Of a DNA stretch of 64,000 nt, positions 10,704-21,101 are shown piece by piece (the first letter of the stretch is position 1; each line of letters begins with the position of its first letter). This DNA comes from an uncultured Gemmatimonadota bacterium (GTDB lineage: Bacteria; JAAXHH01). Location of the stretch: NCBI GenBank assembly GCA_951812955.1, contig OX638340.1:2816001-2880000 (forward strand). The letters run 5' to 3'. The position numbers were made by a program, and so were the translations under genes. The notes beneath the pieces are model-generated. The model was not told the origin of the DNA. It did no database searches and saw nothing but the letters and a program-made list of their open reading frames with translations.

Positions 10704-11513
10704 TCAGCGGTCTCTGAACTCCAGCATGCCCCAGTGGCACATGGCGAAGTCGTACTTCACCGGGTCTTCCGGGTCGAACCTTCTCAACGCCCGCGTGACT
10801 TCCTCGGCCATTTTCCAATCCGCCTGCCGCCTGGACGTGAGGCCCAGCCGCCTGGAAATCCGAGCAACGTGGGTGTCGATCGGCATCACCAGGCGGGCGG
10901 GCGAAATACTCCGCCAGAGGCCCAGGTCCGGGGCTTCCCGCCGAACCATCCAGCGGACGTAGAGGTTCATCCGCTTGCAGGCGCTTCCCGATCTCGGGGA
11001 GGGTAACAGGTAGCGGATCCCCGTTTTCGTCCGGTGCCGATCCGTTAGAAGGTCCTCCTGGGCGAAGCCGAGGAGCGTGTCGGTGAAATGGCTCAACGCG
11101 GGACCCGTATGGGGGTCCGATGCGCGATGTCCCGCGGCGAACAGCGCGCCAAGGGAGCCATGGCGCAGCAGGGCCTTCTGCATAAGCTCGGCCAACAGCG
11201 ACAGGTCGCTTCCCCGCGTCCACCGGTATACGAACCCGTCGAATCGACCTCCGTCCCGCCTCGGGTCGAAACCCATGACGAAATCCCGGGGCGCGTCTCC
11301 CATCCTCCTCAATGCTTCGACGGCCGCATCCGTGATGGTTTCCGCCCGGCCGTAAGCCAGCGAGGCCGAGACCAGGCCGGCGATCTCCTGGTCTTCAGGA
11401 CGGTCGAAGCGTCTTACCACTTCGACCGGGTCGGTCGAAATCATCGAAAGATCGAATAAACGGTACAGTTCTTCCAACCGGTTTCCGATCTTGGTCCTGT
11501 CGATACGCGGCAT
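10704..11513 (-). CDS. DUF2400 / TIGR02757-family protein (distant HhH-GPD-like fold)
   Basis: 269-aa ORF with IDTHVARISRRLGL, resembling the VDTHVxRVxxRLGL helix-hairpin-helix segment of Nth/HhH-GPD proteins. Overall length and composition match the uncharacterised DUF2400 family. Family assignment from memory, not searched. Confidence 0.4.
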   Translation of the reverse strand: MPRIDRTKIGNRLEELYRLFDLSMISTDPVEVVRRFDRPEDQEIAGLVSASLAYGRAETITDAAVEALRRMGDAPRDFVMGFDPRRDGGRFDGFVYRWTRGSDLSLLAELMQKALLRHGSLGALFAAGHRASDPHTGPALSHFTDTLLGFAQEDLLTDRHRTKTGIRYLLPSPRSGSACKRMNLYVRWMVRREAPDLGLWRSISPARLVMPIDTHVARISRRLGLTSRRQADWKMAEEVTRALRRFDPEDPVKYDFAMCHWGMLEFRDR

Positions 11514-11686
11514 TGCGGAGCGTCCGTGTCTACTGGCCAGGTTACGATGCCTTGAGTCCGGTTAAGGGATGGCATAAGCGGCTTGACTTTAATATATTGT
11601 ATGTCGCGATTCCCGTAACCCGATTCGTGCCGTTGATGAGCCGTGCCGGACGAGTACGGCCGTGGACAGGCTGAGAGGCGTCCTAC

Positions 11687-12697
11687 ATGAACCCCGAGCA
11701 GCTGCTTCGGCAGATTGAGCAAGGCCGGATCGATGCGGTGTACTTCTTCACCGGCGACGAAGCGTACCGCAAGGAAGAAGCCGTGGACGCGCTGGTCGCC
11801 CGTGTCGTCGAACCGGGCACGGAAGCATTCTGCCTGGACGTGCTTCGCGGCGACGAGTGCGATGCCGCGGCCATATTGACCGCCGCGTCCCTCGTGCCCA
11901 TGATGGCCGAGCGCCGGGTCGTCGTCGTAAGGGACTTCCACAAGTTGCCTCAGAAGGATCGGGAAGCCGTCGCGGATTACGCGGAGCGGCCCGTGCCCAC
12001 CGCGGTCCTGGTGCTCGAGACGCCTCGGGTGAATCTGAAGACCAAACTTAACGCACGGCTGGCGTCGTCGTCGGTTTCTGTAGTGTTCTACCCCCTGTTC
12101 CCCGAAAAGGTTCCCCCCTGGCTTCAGCAGCACGCGAGACGCTACGGTAAGCGGATGACGCCCGAAGCAGCGCACCAGTTGCAGGCCATCGTGGGATCGG
12201 ACCTGGGGGAACTGGCCGGAGAGGTGGAGAAACTGGCCGTGTTCGTCGGCGGCCGGGATTCGATTGCGGCCGGAGACGTGGAAAGTTCGCTCGGACCCGT
12301 TCGCGCGGGTTCGGTTTTCGACATCGCCGAGGCCGTCGGCGAGAAGGACCTCGCCCGGGCGCTGGATGCCTACGAGCGCGCGATGGACGCAGGAGACGCG
12401 CCCCAGGCCATCGTGGCGCTCTTCGTCCGCCACCTGGTGATACTCTGGAAGATCCGGTTCCTGAAACGGGATCGCCGGACAGACGACGAAATCAAGAAGC
12501 AACTGCAGCTGGGATGGGGGTTCAACCGGTTTTACAACCGCTACTCCGCACAATCCAGGCTCCTCTCGGGACGGGATCTGCTGAGCGGGTTCGAGGCACT
12601 CTACGAAGCCGATACATCCCTTAAATCCAGCGCGTTGCCCCCCGAACTCGTCATGCGTCGGCTCTTGTATACTTTATGTACCGGCCAGGCGGCTTAG
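11687..12697 (+). CDS. holA: DNA polymerase III delta subunit
   Basis: N-terminus IDAVYFFTGDEAYRKEEAVDALVARV and later VVVVRDFHKL...REAVADYAERP...TAVLVLE match the HolA clamp-loader delta signature. ~336 aa, typical size. Confidence 0.75.
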   Translation: MNPEQLLRQIEQGRIDAVYFFTGDEAYRKEEAVDALVARVVEPGTEAFCLDVLRGDECDAAAILTAASLVPMMAERRVVVVRDFHKLPQKDREAVADYAERPVPTAVLVLETPRVNLKTKLNARLASSSVSVVFYPLFPEKVPPWLQQHARRYGKRMTPEAAHQLQAIVGSDLGELAGEVEKLAVFVGGRDSIAAGDVESSLGPVRAGSVFDIAEAVGEKDLARALDAYERAMDAGDAPQAIVALFVRHLVILWKIRFLKRDRRTDDEIKKQLQLGWGFNRFYNRYSAQSRLLSGRDLLSGFEALYEADTSLKSSALPPELVMRRLLYTLCTGQAA

Positions 12698-12856
12698 TTC
12701 CGGTCGGGCAAGCAGACAAACCAGGCATCGACGACCGGCCGGGCAGGCAAGCAAACAGGCAGGCGGACAAATCACACAGGCCAGCCCTGTAGGGTTCACC
12801 GGGCAAATCAGGCATCGACGGCCGGAGGGACGGATAGGCGCAAGCGCGCCGCGTAA

Positions 12857-13846
12857 ATGAACACGACCGAAGGTATCGTAATCAGGGAACACCGGGGCGT
12901 ATTCGACGTGGAAACCCCACACGGGATCTACGCCTGCGCGTTGCGCAGCAGGATGAAGAAAGCGCTGATCTATCCGGAGCGGGACAACCAGCATCACTCC
13001 GTGGAGCAGGTCGGCCGTATCGGTACCGTGAATCCTGTCGCCATAGGGGATCGCGTGCGCTTCGTGGAGGACCAGGGGGAGACCGGCGCCATAGAGGAAG
13101 TGCTTCCGCGCCGCACCAAACTCTCCCGACTCGCCCCCGGCAAGCGGCGCATGGAACAGATCATGATCGCCAACGCCGACTATCTCGTCGTCGTCTTCTC
13201 GGTGAGGGACCCGAACCCGAATCTGCAGTTGCTGGACCGTCTGCTCGTGGCCGCGGAAGCCGGCAACCTGGCCCCGGTCGTCTGCCTGAACAAGATCGAT
13301 CTGGCGGAAGACGGGGATCCGGATCTCGCTGGTATCTACGAACGGTGCGGTTACCGCGTCATCCGGGCCAGCGCGGTGACGGGGAAAGGGGTCGACCTGC
13401 TGAAGGCAACGCTGCGGAACAGGATTTCCGCGATCGCGGGTCCGTCCGGTGCGGGGAAGACATCCCTGCTGAACGCCATGCAATCCGGCCTGGGACTTCG
13501 GGTTCGCGAGGTGAACCGGACGACGGGCCGGGGCCGGCACACCACCACTTACCTCGCCGCGCACAAGCTCGATGCAGGAGGCCTGGTGATTGACTCACCG
13601 GGGATCCGGGAATTCAGCCTGTGGGACGTCTCGCCACGCGAGCTTCCGGAGTTGTTCCCGGAAATGCGTGGCCATCTGTCGGGCTGCAGGTTCCACGACT
13701 GCACGCACGTCCACGAACCGGACTGTACCCTTCGGGACGCCCTCTCGGCGGGCGCCGTATCCCGGGAGCGGTACGAAAGCTACGTCGCATTGCGAAACGA
13801 ACTGGCTGGCGGGCGGAAGGCGGGCAGGGACGGCCTGCCGGGTTGA
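12857..13846 (+). CDS. rsgA: Ribosome small-subunit-dependent GTPase A (RsgA/YjeQ/EngC)
   Basis: Circularly permuted GTPase motifs (VCLNKIDL = NKxD before the P-loop AGPSGAGKTSLLNAM), N-terminal OB segment, and the C-terminal zinc knuckle C-x-H-x2-H-x5-C (CRFHDCTHVHEPDC). Confidence 0.88.
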   Translation: MNTTEGIVIREHRGVFDVETPHGIYACALRSRMKKALIYPERDNQHHSVEQVGRIGTVNPVAIGDRVRFVEDQGETGAIEEVLPRRTKLSRLAPGKRRMEQIMIANADYLVVVFSVRDPNPNLQLLDRLLVAAEAGNLAPVVCLNKIDLAEDGDPDLAGIYERCGYRVIRASAVTGKGVDLLKATLRNRISAIAGPSGAGKTSLLNAMQSGLGLRVREVNRTTGRGRHTTTYLAAHKLDAGGLVIDSPGIREFSLWDVSPRELPELFPEMRGHLSGCRFHDCTHVHEPDCTLRDALSAGAVSRERYESYVALRNELAGGRKAGRDGLPG

Positions 13847-13878
13847 CCAGGTGGCAGGGACGGCCTGCCGGGTTGACC
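13823..13878. repeat. Perfect 26-bp direct repeat (ggcagggacggcctgccgggttgacc) x2 with 4-bp spacer, spanning the rsgA stop codon
   Basis: Copy 1 13823-13848 contains the last rsgA codons and TGA (13844-13846); an identical copy lies at 13853-13878. Period 30 bp. Confidence 0.9.
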
Positions 13879-13921
13879 GGGCCTATCGGACCTGTCCAGT
13901 TTGACCAGGCCTGCAGGAAAA

Positions 13922-14392
13922 TCAGAAGCCGATACCACGGTCCGCGTCCGCGCGGATCCCGGCAAAAGTGATCGGCGCGTCCAGCGACAGATCCATTTCC
14001 CGGCCCGTGATGAGCCGCTTCGACCGTATCAAGACGTTCAGGTGGTTGGGCAGGTGCGTCTCGTCGAATCCCGAGACTTTTCCGATTTCTTCCTGCTGGA
14101 CGGTGACTGCGTCCCCGCACAGAAGCAGGCCCGCCTCCGAGACCTCCACGAAGCCGATGTAGGCGGTCCGGTTCACTTCCGATCCCGGTTCGGCCCCTTC
14201 TTCGTCGGTGCAGACGAGTTCCAGGACATCTCCCCGTCTTACCGCCCGGGAAAGCTGGGGGATCAGTTTCAGTCCCCGGTCCTCCGAGGTCAGGTCCAGG
14301 ACGGCGAAGAGACGAGCCGACAGCTCCGTCTTGCTCGAATAGTGCGTCCGCTTGACCTTGCCTTCTACGTGAGGATCCCTGGACCCCGCCAT
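13922..14392 (-). CDS. Hypothetical protein (156 aa from internal ATG; ORF extends to 14467)
   Basis: Well-formed ORF convergent with rsgA and immediately downstream of dacB on the same strand. No family confidently recognised; ...GFDETHLPNHLNVLIRSK... is reminiscent of small beta-barrel regulatory domains, but this is unverified. Confidence 0.4.
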   Translation of the reverse strand: MAGSRDPHVEGKVKRTHYSSKTELSARLFAVLDLTSEDRGLKLIPQLSRAVRRGDVLELVCTDEEGAEPGSEVNRTAYIGFVEVSEAGLLLCGDAVTVQQEEIGKVSGFDETHLPNHLNVLIRSKRLITGREMDLSLDAPITFAGIRADADRGIGF

Positions 14393-14426
14393 GTTCGGCT
14401 CCTTCCGGTAAGTTGTTTCTCGCAGG

Positions 14427-15916
14427 TCATTTCCGACTGAACTCCGCCAGCAGGGCCCCGATCTCATCCTGCGTTCGCCGGGCCGTCGACGCCGAGCCTA
14501 CGAAGTTGTTCATCATGATCGAGAAGACCAGGGGTTCGCCGTCCCGGGTGTGGACGTAGCCGCTCAGGCAACTCACGCCGGTCAGAGTCCCTGTCTTTGC
14601 CCTGAGATTTCCCATGGCCGCCGTGTCCTTCATCCGGTTTCTCAGGGACCCGTCCACTCCGGCGACGGGTAACGCCTCCAGGTAGCTGCGGCCGATCTCG
14701 GGATCGTGGTACGCCGCCGTCAGCAGTTCCACGATCTGGTCGGGAGACACGTAGTTGTACCACGAAAGGCCGGAACCGTCCGCGAACCGGTAATCGGCGG
14801 GATCCAGGCCGATGTAGTCCGTCAGGACCCGCCGCAACACCGCCAGGCCGTCGGCGGACGAGCCCGGATCGCCCGTCGCGTGACGTCCCATGGTCTTCAC
14901 GAGCAGCTCCGCCGTCAGGTTGCTGCTGTGCTTGAGCAAGCGGGCCAGGGCCCCGGTAACCGGCGGTGACCGGTAGGACGCCACCGTCCGGGCGCGCGTC
15001 GGCGTGATTCCCCTGCGTACCGGTCCCGCGACGCGGATGCCGCGGGCCTGCAGCATGTCCCGGAACAGTTTCCCCGCGTAAATTCCGGGTTCTTCGACGG
15101 ACCGGTAGTATGCCCGTTCACCCTCATCCATGCCGATCCGGCCGGATATCCTGATCCTGTTGGACAGCGACGGCCAGTCCCGCTCGACCATGAGCGGCTC
15201 GGCGGACGAAGTATCCCCCGCGGCGACCGTCAGGGCCCGGATTTCGAAAGTAACGGCCGTCGTCGGCGGTTCGACCCGGACCGTTGCGGGCGCGCCGACG
15301 GCGGTGCCGGGCGATATGCCGATCTTCACGCTGTTGCCGTTCACCGAGAGCGCGTTCAGGGAGGCGGAGTAACTGTGCTGCACGTCGTCCCACATCCATC
15401 CTTCTCCGTAGGGTATGCCGTCCAGGTACGCATCGTCGACGACGATGTCGCCCGCGATGACCCGTGCCCCGCTCGATCCGGCGACGCGGCCGGCGAGGCT
15501 GTCCAGGTGCGCCGATTCCAGCATGGGATCTCCGCGCCCGAGCAGGTACAGCGAAGCGTGTAGCGTGTCGCCGCTGACATAAGCGTCACCGTCTGCGAAT
15601 ACGCTCGTCAGGTAGCGATAGCCGGGGCCCATGGTCTGCAGAACGCCCAGGGCGGTGAACAGCTTCGTATTGGACGCGGGATGGAACAGTCCGTCGGAAT
15701 GCCGGGAGAAGAGTATCCGGCCGGTGACCGGCGACGCGACCTTCACGCCTATAGTCATGGGGGCCAGGCCGGGACGGTCCAGGATCTCACGCAAGTCGTC
15801 CGCCAGGCGCCGCTCAGGTCCGGAGGGCGCCCCGCGGAACTGCAGCGGGCCGCCGCATGCGGTTACGAGCAGGGCCAGGATCAGCGACAGAATTCCGGTG
15901 GAGGCGGGTAACGTTT

Positions 15917-15920
<4 letters not shown>
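14427..15920 (-). CDS. dacB: D-alanyl-D-alanine carboxypeptidase/endopeptidase, PBP4 family (S13)
   Basis: Lipoprotein-type signal ([10 protein letters not shown]), active-site SxxK (ASNTKLFT), SxN-like (HSSNLTAE) and KTG (KTGTLTGVS) boxes in the spacing typical of PBP4. Confidence 0.82.
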
Positions 15921-17242
<1,322 letters not shown>

Positions 17243-17934
17243 GTGACCCCGTTTTTACTTTCTGCAACCGCTACTTTTTTGAAAAAAATGAAATAAAATG
17301 TTGACTAAGAATCGGGCCGAATATATACTTATAACTCGCTAAACGGAGCATAGTTAAACACATCCGAACCATAGCCAGCGCAACACCTTATGCGGGGCCG
17401 TGTACAATGTCAAGGAAGATTTGGCGGCAGACGCGGGTGTGCAATGGGTATGATAGCGCGATGGATACGGACCGTGTTATGCAATTCGTTTCAGACCATG
17501 ACGAAGGATGAAGTTATTTTCGTGTTATTCGTCGTACGCAACCATTCCACGCAGATGGCAGAATTCGGCCAATGGTCTCGTATTGCTTAGAGTCCCATAG
17601 GGTTTCGGATTCAGCCAGGTGCGCGGTGGCGGAACGCTGGAAATCTGGCACGTTGTTTGCATTTGAAGGTTACTCGGATTCCTCGAACTCAAAATCGGTT
17701 TTTCGTTGCGTGTTCATGCCCTTGCACGCGACGGTTTGTATGTCGTTTCTTATGTAAAGGTATTTACGATTATCTATATTTATACGATTGCCCCACTACC
17801 ATCGCTGGAGGGAGGTGAGTGTCACGGAGTAAGGTTGTAGAATTCAAAGTCGAGAGAGCAATACTACGATACCGTCAGCAGGCCGGGGCAAGCTGACAAT
17901 AATCAGAAGGGCTCTGTTAATGAGGAGTGAATTG
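17243..17934. promoter_or_regulatory. ~690-bp AT-rich divergent intergenic island between thrC and the TonB-dependent receptor gene; contains a sigma-70-like TTGACT-N17-TATACT element near 17310-17345 oriented toward the receptor gene
   Basis: Sharp local drop in GC against the ~63% background. No convincing protein-coding ORF: the two listed ORFs (17390-17590, 17572-17757) are short and anonymous. Long enough to hold a 5' leader or riboswitch for the downstream receptor gene. Confidence 0.4.
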
Positions 17935-20900
17935 ATGTCTATAACAATTTCACGAGCTTTGCGCTTCGCATTCGCTTTCGCGTTAGTGCTCAGCATCTCG
18001 ACGGATGCACTGGCGCAGTTGTCGCTGGGTAAAGTTTCCGGTGTCGTGGTCGACAGTGAGACGCGGGAACCGCTGCCGGCAGCCAGTGTCCAAATCGAGG
18101 GCACGGTTTTGGGTGCGATGGCGAATGACATGGGCGAGTACTTTATTCTTAACGTACCGCCCGGCAACTACACCGTGGTGGTGAACGTCATCGGTTATGT
18201 CCCGGTGCGTGCCATAGGTACCGAGGTACACGCCGACTTGACCACGACGATGCACTTCGAGCTGGATTCGACGATTCTCGACTCCGCCGAAGCGGTCGAG
18301 GTCGTGGCGACACGGGATCTGGTCGAGAAGAGTCTCACTTCCACCCGGACCATCGTGGCGGCCGAGGAAATCCAGGCGCTGCCGGTGACCAGCATCGCCG
18401 AAGTGGTTCTGACCACGGCGGGCAGTTTCGGCGGCCGGCTCCGCGGCGGCGAAGCCAATCAATCGCAGACCACGCTGGACGGTTCAACAGTGACCGGGCA
18501 GCGAACTAATGAAAGTCAGGCGTTTGCGATCAACCCCTACATGATCCAGGAACTCGAGGTCAAGACGGGAACGTTCAACGCCGAGTACGTGAACGCGTTG
18601 GCCGGGATCACTTCGGTGGTTACCCGTGAAGGCGGTGCGAGTTACAACGGTAACTTCGAATACCGCACGTTGGGCCAGAAGGGTCTGAATTGGGCCAAGC
18701 CGCCCGAACTCGACATCGTGGACGCGTACCGCGCCGGAACCTGGTCGGAAGCCGACTTGCGCAAGGTCATTCAGGACGCGATCGACAAGACGAACGAGTT
18801 CAACAGTGATCCCGCACGCGCGGAGGACGGACTCAGGATGCAGGATCCCTTCGACGTGCTGGACATGACCGGAGCCCCGGATAGCTGGTCCGCCATCTAC
18901 AAGCGGGACAACTATTATTGGGATTACGACCGCGTCATTCCCGAACCCGAAGCCATCACGTGGTCCTACCTGACCGACGGATTGCCGGAAGCCCAGGCCA
19001 ATAGTTTCGCGGTGGACCGGTCTTTCCATCCTGATAAATACAACCAGTTCGCCCAGAACAACCGGACCGAGAAACGTCCGGTACAGATTGACTTCGGTAT
19101 GGGCGGTCCACTGGGCGACAAGCTGAACTGGTTCGCGTCGGGACGTTTCGCGGAGAGTTGGGGTCGCAATCCCGACGATTACATCCGTGTGATGAACTCC
19201 TTCATCAAGATGACCTACCGGCCTACCGTCAGCACCAAGGTGACCATGTCCGGACTCATCGAAGACACGGGTTTCTTCAGCAAGAAGGGCCAGCGGGGCT
19301 CAGCCAGCGTCGGCGGAACTTTCGACCCCGGTGCCTCGAACTATGGTTGGAAGTACAATAAAGAAGGTCTCAACCAGAATTTCGGCGGCCGAGTGCATGT
19401 GAATGCGTCGTTTACCCAGACGCTCAGTCCCCGTACCTTCTACGAGATCCGGTTTAGCCACCTGCGCGAGTACAACGAGCGCTATAATCCCAAGTACGGC
19501 AAGGAACCGCTGCCGTCCCTCACCGACGCGTTCATCCACTCCGTTGGATATTCGCCGCTCGAGCAGGGTAGCGGCACGCAGGTACCTTATATCCTGTACG
19601 GCGATGAGGCTTACTCCTCGATCGATTTCGGTAACTACACGAGTCGACGCCCGTTCAAGACCGACGTCAGCTTCGCCATTACAAGCCAGGTCACCTCGAA
19701 TCACCAGTTCAAGGGCGGCTTCGGTGTTGTGATGAATGATTATGAAGAGAACACGCGCGGTCCAGCCCGTGGAAACGCCGTGACGCTCTTCAACGATCTG
19801 AATCGGGATCCAACTGCCAGCGTACTGCCCCTCGCAGGACGCCAGGCTCACGTGTATCCGTTCGAATTATTCGCGTACATGCAGGATCGGATCGAGTACG
19901 GAAGCCTTGTGGTAAACGCGGGAGTGCGGCTGGACATGTTCGACGCCAACGCCAACGCGATCAATCCTTATCGTCCGCGTCCGGGCCCCGATCCCGAACA
20001 CGACGATCCGGAATACCGCACGCTTGCTCCGTCGATGAAGACGGGTCTCGCGCCGCGCCTGGGTATCTCCCATCCGATCACGGATCGCGCCGCGCTGCAT
20101 TATTCGTACGGTATCTTCAACCAGCGTCCCTCGCTGGAGAACCTGTTCACCGGTCTGGTTCAAACCTCCTCGTTTGAGCGCAACCACGGAAACCCGGATC
20201 TGCCGTTCCAGAAGTCCACGAACTACGAAATGGGTCTGCAGGCCGAGGTCTATCCCGGATACTATCTGGACGTTACCGGTTATTTCCGGGATGTTAACAA
20301 CCTGCCGCTGGTATGGCTCTTCGCGCCGGACGTAGCCTTCATCGGCGGTTCGCAGCGCGAAATCTCCATCCTGCTTCCGACTTTCGCACAGGATACGCGG
20401 GGACTCGAGGTGTCGTTACGGCGCCAGATGGCCAATCGGTTCTCATTGCGGGCCAATTACACCCTGGCCTTCACATCCAATCTGACCACGCCCCAAACGG
20501 TCCGTGAACGCGGCGGCGAGACGGTGCTCGTGTTCTCCGACTTCGTGGACGGAACACCGACGCCCGATACCTACATCCGCGAATTCACCCAGTTCGACCG
20601 ACGACATCGGATCGTAACGAACCTCCTGGTCGAGCTGCCCTACGGCATCAGCGCTTCTGTACTGACCAAGGCGCAGAGCGGCAACCAGTACCGCACGTCC
20701 AGCGAGCAGGCAATCGATCCGCTCGGTTTGCTTGCCGCATCGCAACGCTCGCCCTGGACGTGGACGAGCGACCTGTACGCCCAGAAGAATTTCGATCTGG
20801 GTAACGTACGCCTCGGCGTGTTCGCCCAGGTCAATAACATCTTTGACCGAGTGAACATCTACAGCATCACCGGTGGCTCTAACAACGCGAGCGGCGACCG

Positions 20901-21012
20901 CTGGCAACGCCGGGGAGATCCCGTCGGTCTCACAGGCGGTCCTGTGGGCGGAATCGGCACGCAGGCCAACGGTCCTCGTGACATCTGGTTGGGTCTCAAC
21001 TTAGCATGGTAA
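17935..21012 (+). CDS. TonB-dependent outer-membrane receptor with N-terminal carboxypeptidase-regulatory-like domain
   Basis: Signal peptide (ALRFAFAFALVLSISTDALAQ). Cna-B/CarbD-reg-like beta-sandwich (VSGVVVDSETREPLPAASVQIEG...GEYFILNVPPGNYTVVV). Plug-domain region (TSIAEVVLTTAGS...QTTLDGSTVTG). ~850-aa barrel ending in aromatic W (LGLNLAW). GAGGAG RBS 7 nt before ATG 17935. Confidence 0.8.
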   Translation: MSITISRALRFAFAFALVLSISTDALAQLSLGKVSGVVVDSETREPLPAASVQIEGTVLGAMANDMGEYFILNVPPGNYTVVVNVIGYVPVRAIGTEVHADLTTTMHFELDSTILDSAEAVEVVATRDLVEKSLTSTRTIVAAEEIQALPVTSIAEVVLTTAGSFGGRLRGGEANQSQTTLDGSTVTGQRTNESQAFAINPYMIQELEVKTGTFNAEYVNALAGITSVVTREGGASYNGNFEYRTLGQKGLNWAKPPELDIVDAYRAGTWSEADLRKVIQDAIDKTNEFNSDPARAEDGLRMQDPFDVLDMTGAPDSWSAIYKRDNYYWDYDRVIPEPEAITWSYLTDGLPEAQANSFAVDRSFHPDKYNQFAQNNRTEKRPVQIDFGMGGPLGDKLNWFASGRFAESWGRNPDDYIRVMNSFIKMTYRPTVSTKVTMSGLIEDTGFFSKKGQRGSASVGGTFDPGASNYGWKYNKEGLNQNFGGRVHVNASFTQTLSPRTFYEIRFSHLREYNERYNPKYGKEPLPSLTDAFIHSVGYSPLEQGSGTQVPYILYGDEAYSSIDFGNYTSRRPFKTDVSFAITSQVTSNHQFKGGFGVVMNDYEENTRGPARGNAVTLFNDLNRDPTASVLPLAGRQAHVYPFELFAYMQDRIEYGSLVVNAGVRLDMFDANANAINPYRPRPGPDPEHDDPEYRTLAPSMKTGLAPRLGISHPITDRAALHYSYGIFNQRPSLENLFTGLVQTSSFERNHGNPDLPFQKSTNYEMGLQAEVYPGYYLDVTGYFRDVNNLPLVWLFAPDVAFIGGSQREISILLPTFAQDTRGLEVSLRRQMANRFSLRANYTLAFTSNLTTPQTVRERGGETVLVFSDFVDGTPTPDTYIREFTQFDRRHRIVTNLLVELPYGISASVLTKAQSGNQYRTSSEQAIDPLGLLAASQRSPWTWTSDLYAQKNFDLGNVRLGVFAQVNNIFDRVNIYSITGGSNNASGDRWQRRGDPVGLTGGPVGGIGTQANGPRDIWLGLNLAW

Positions 21013-21101
21013 ATCCAACGCGGGAAGACGCGCAGTTAAAAGGTGTCTTCCCGCCAGGTTGGCGACGTTCGCAGAACGTTGCCGGCATAAGGAGGTTCAT
21101 T

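Noticed and set aside
11441-12553. 370-aa minus-strand ORF overlapping holA
   Set aside because: It is antisense to a well-supported holA gene and has Arg/Gly/Pro-rich composition with no family resemblance. This is a typical GC-driven shadow ORF.
4152-13878. Possibility that the tandem direct repeats are a CRISPR array or a minisatellite-encoded element
   Set aside because: Each site has only two (rarely three to four degenerate) abutting copies with no unique spacers, the units differ between sites, and no cas genes are present. They are local duplications, not CRISPR.
17390-17757. Two small ORFs (66 and 61 aa) in the AT-rich island
   Set aside because: They are short, have no RBS and no homology signal, and lie in a region that looks regulatory. 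Not called as genes.
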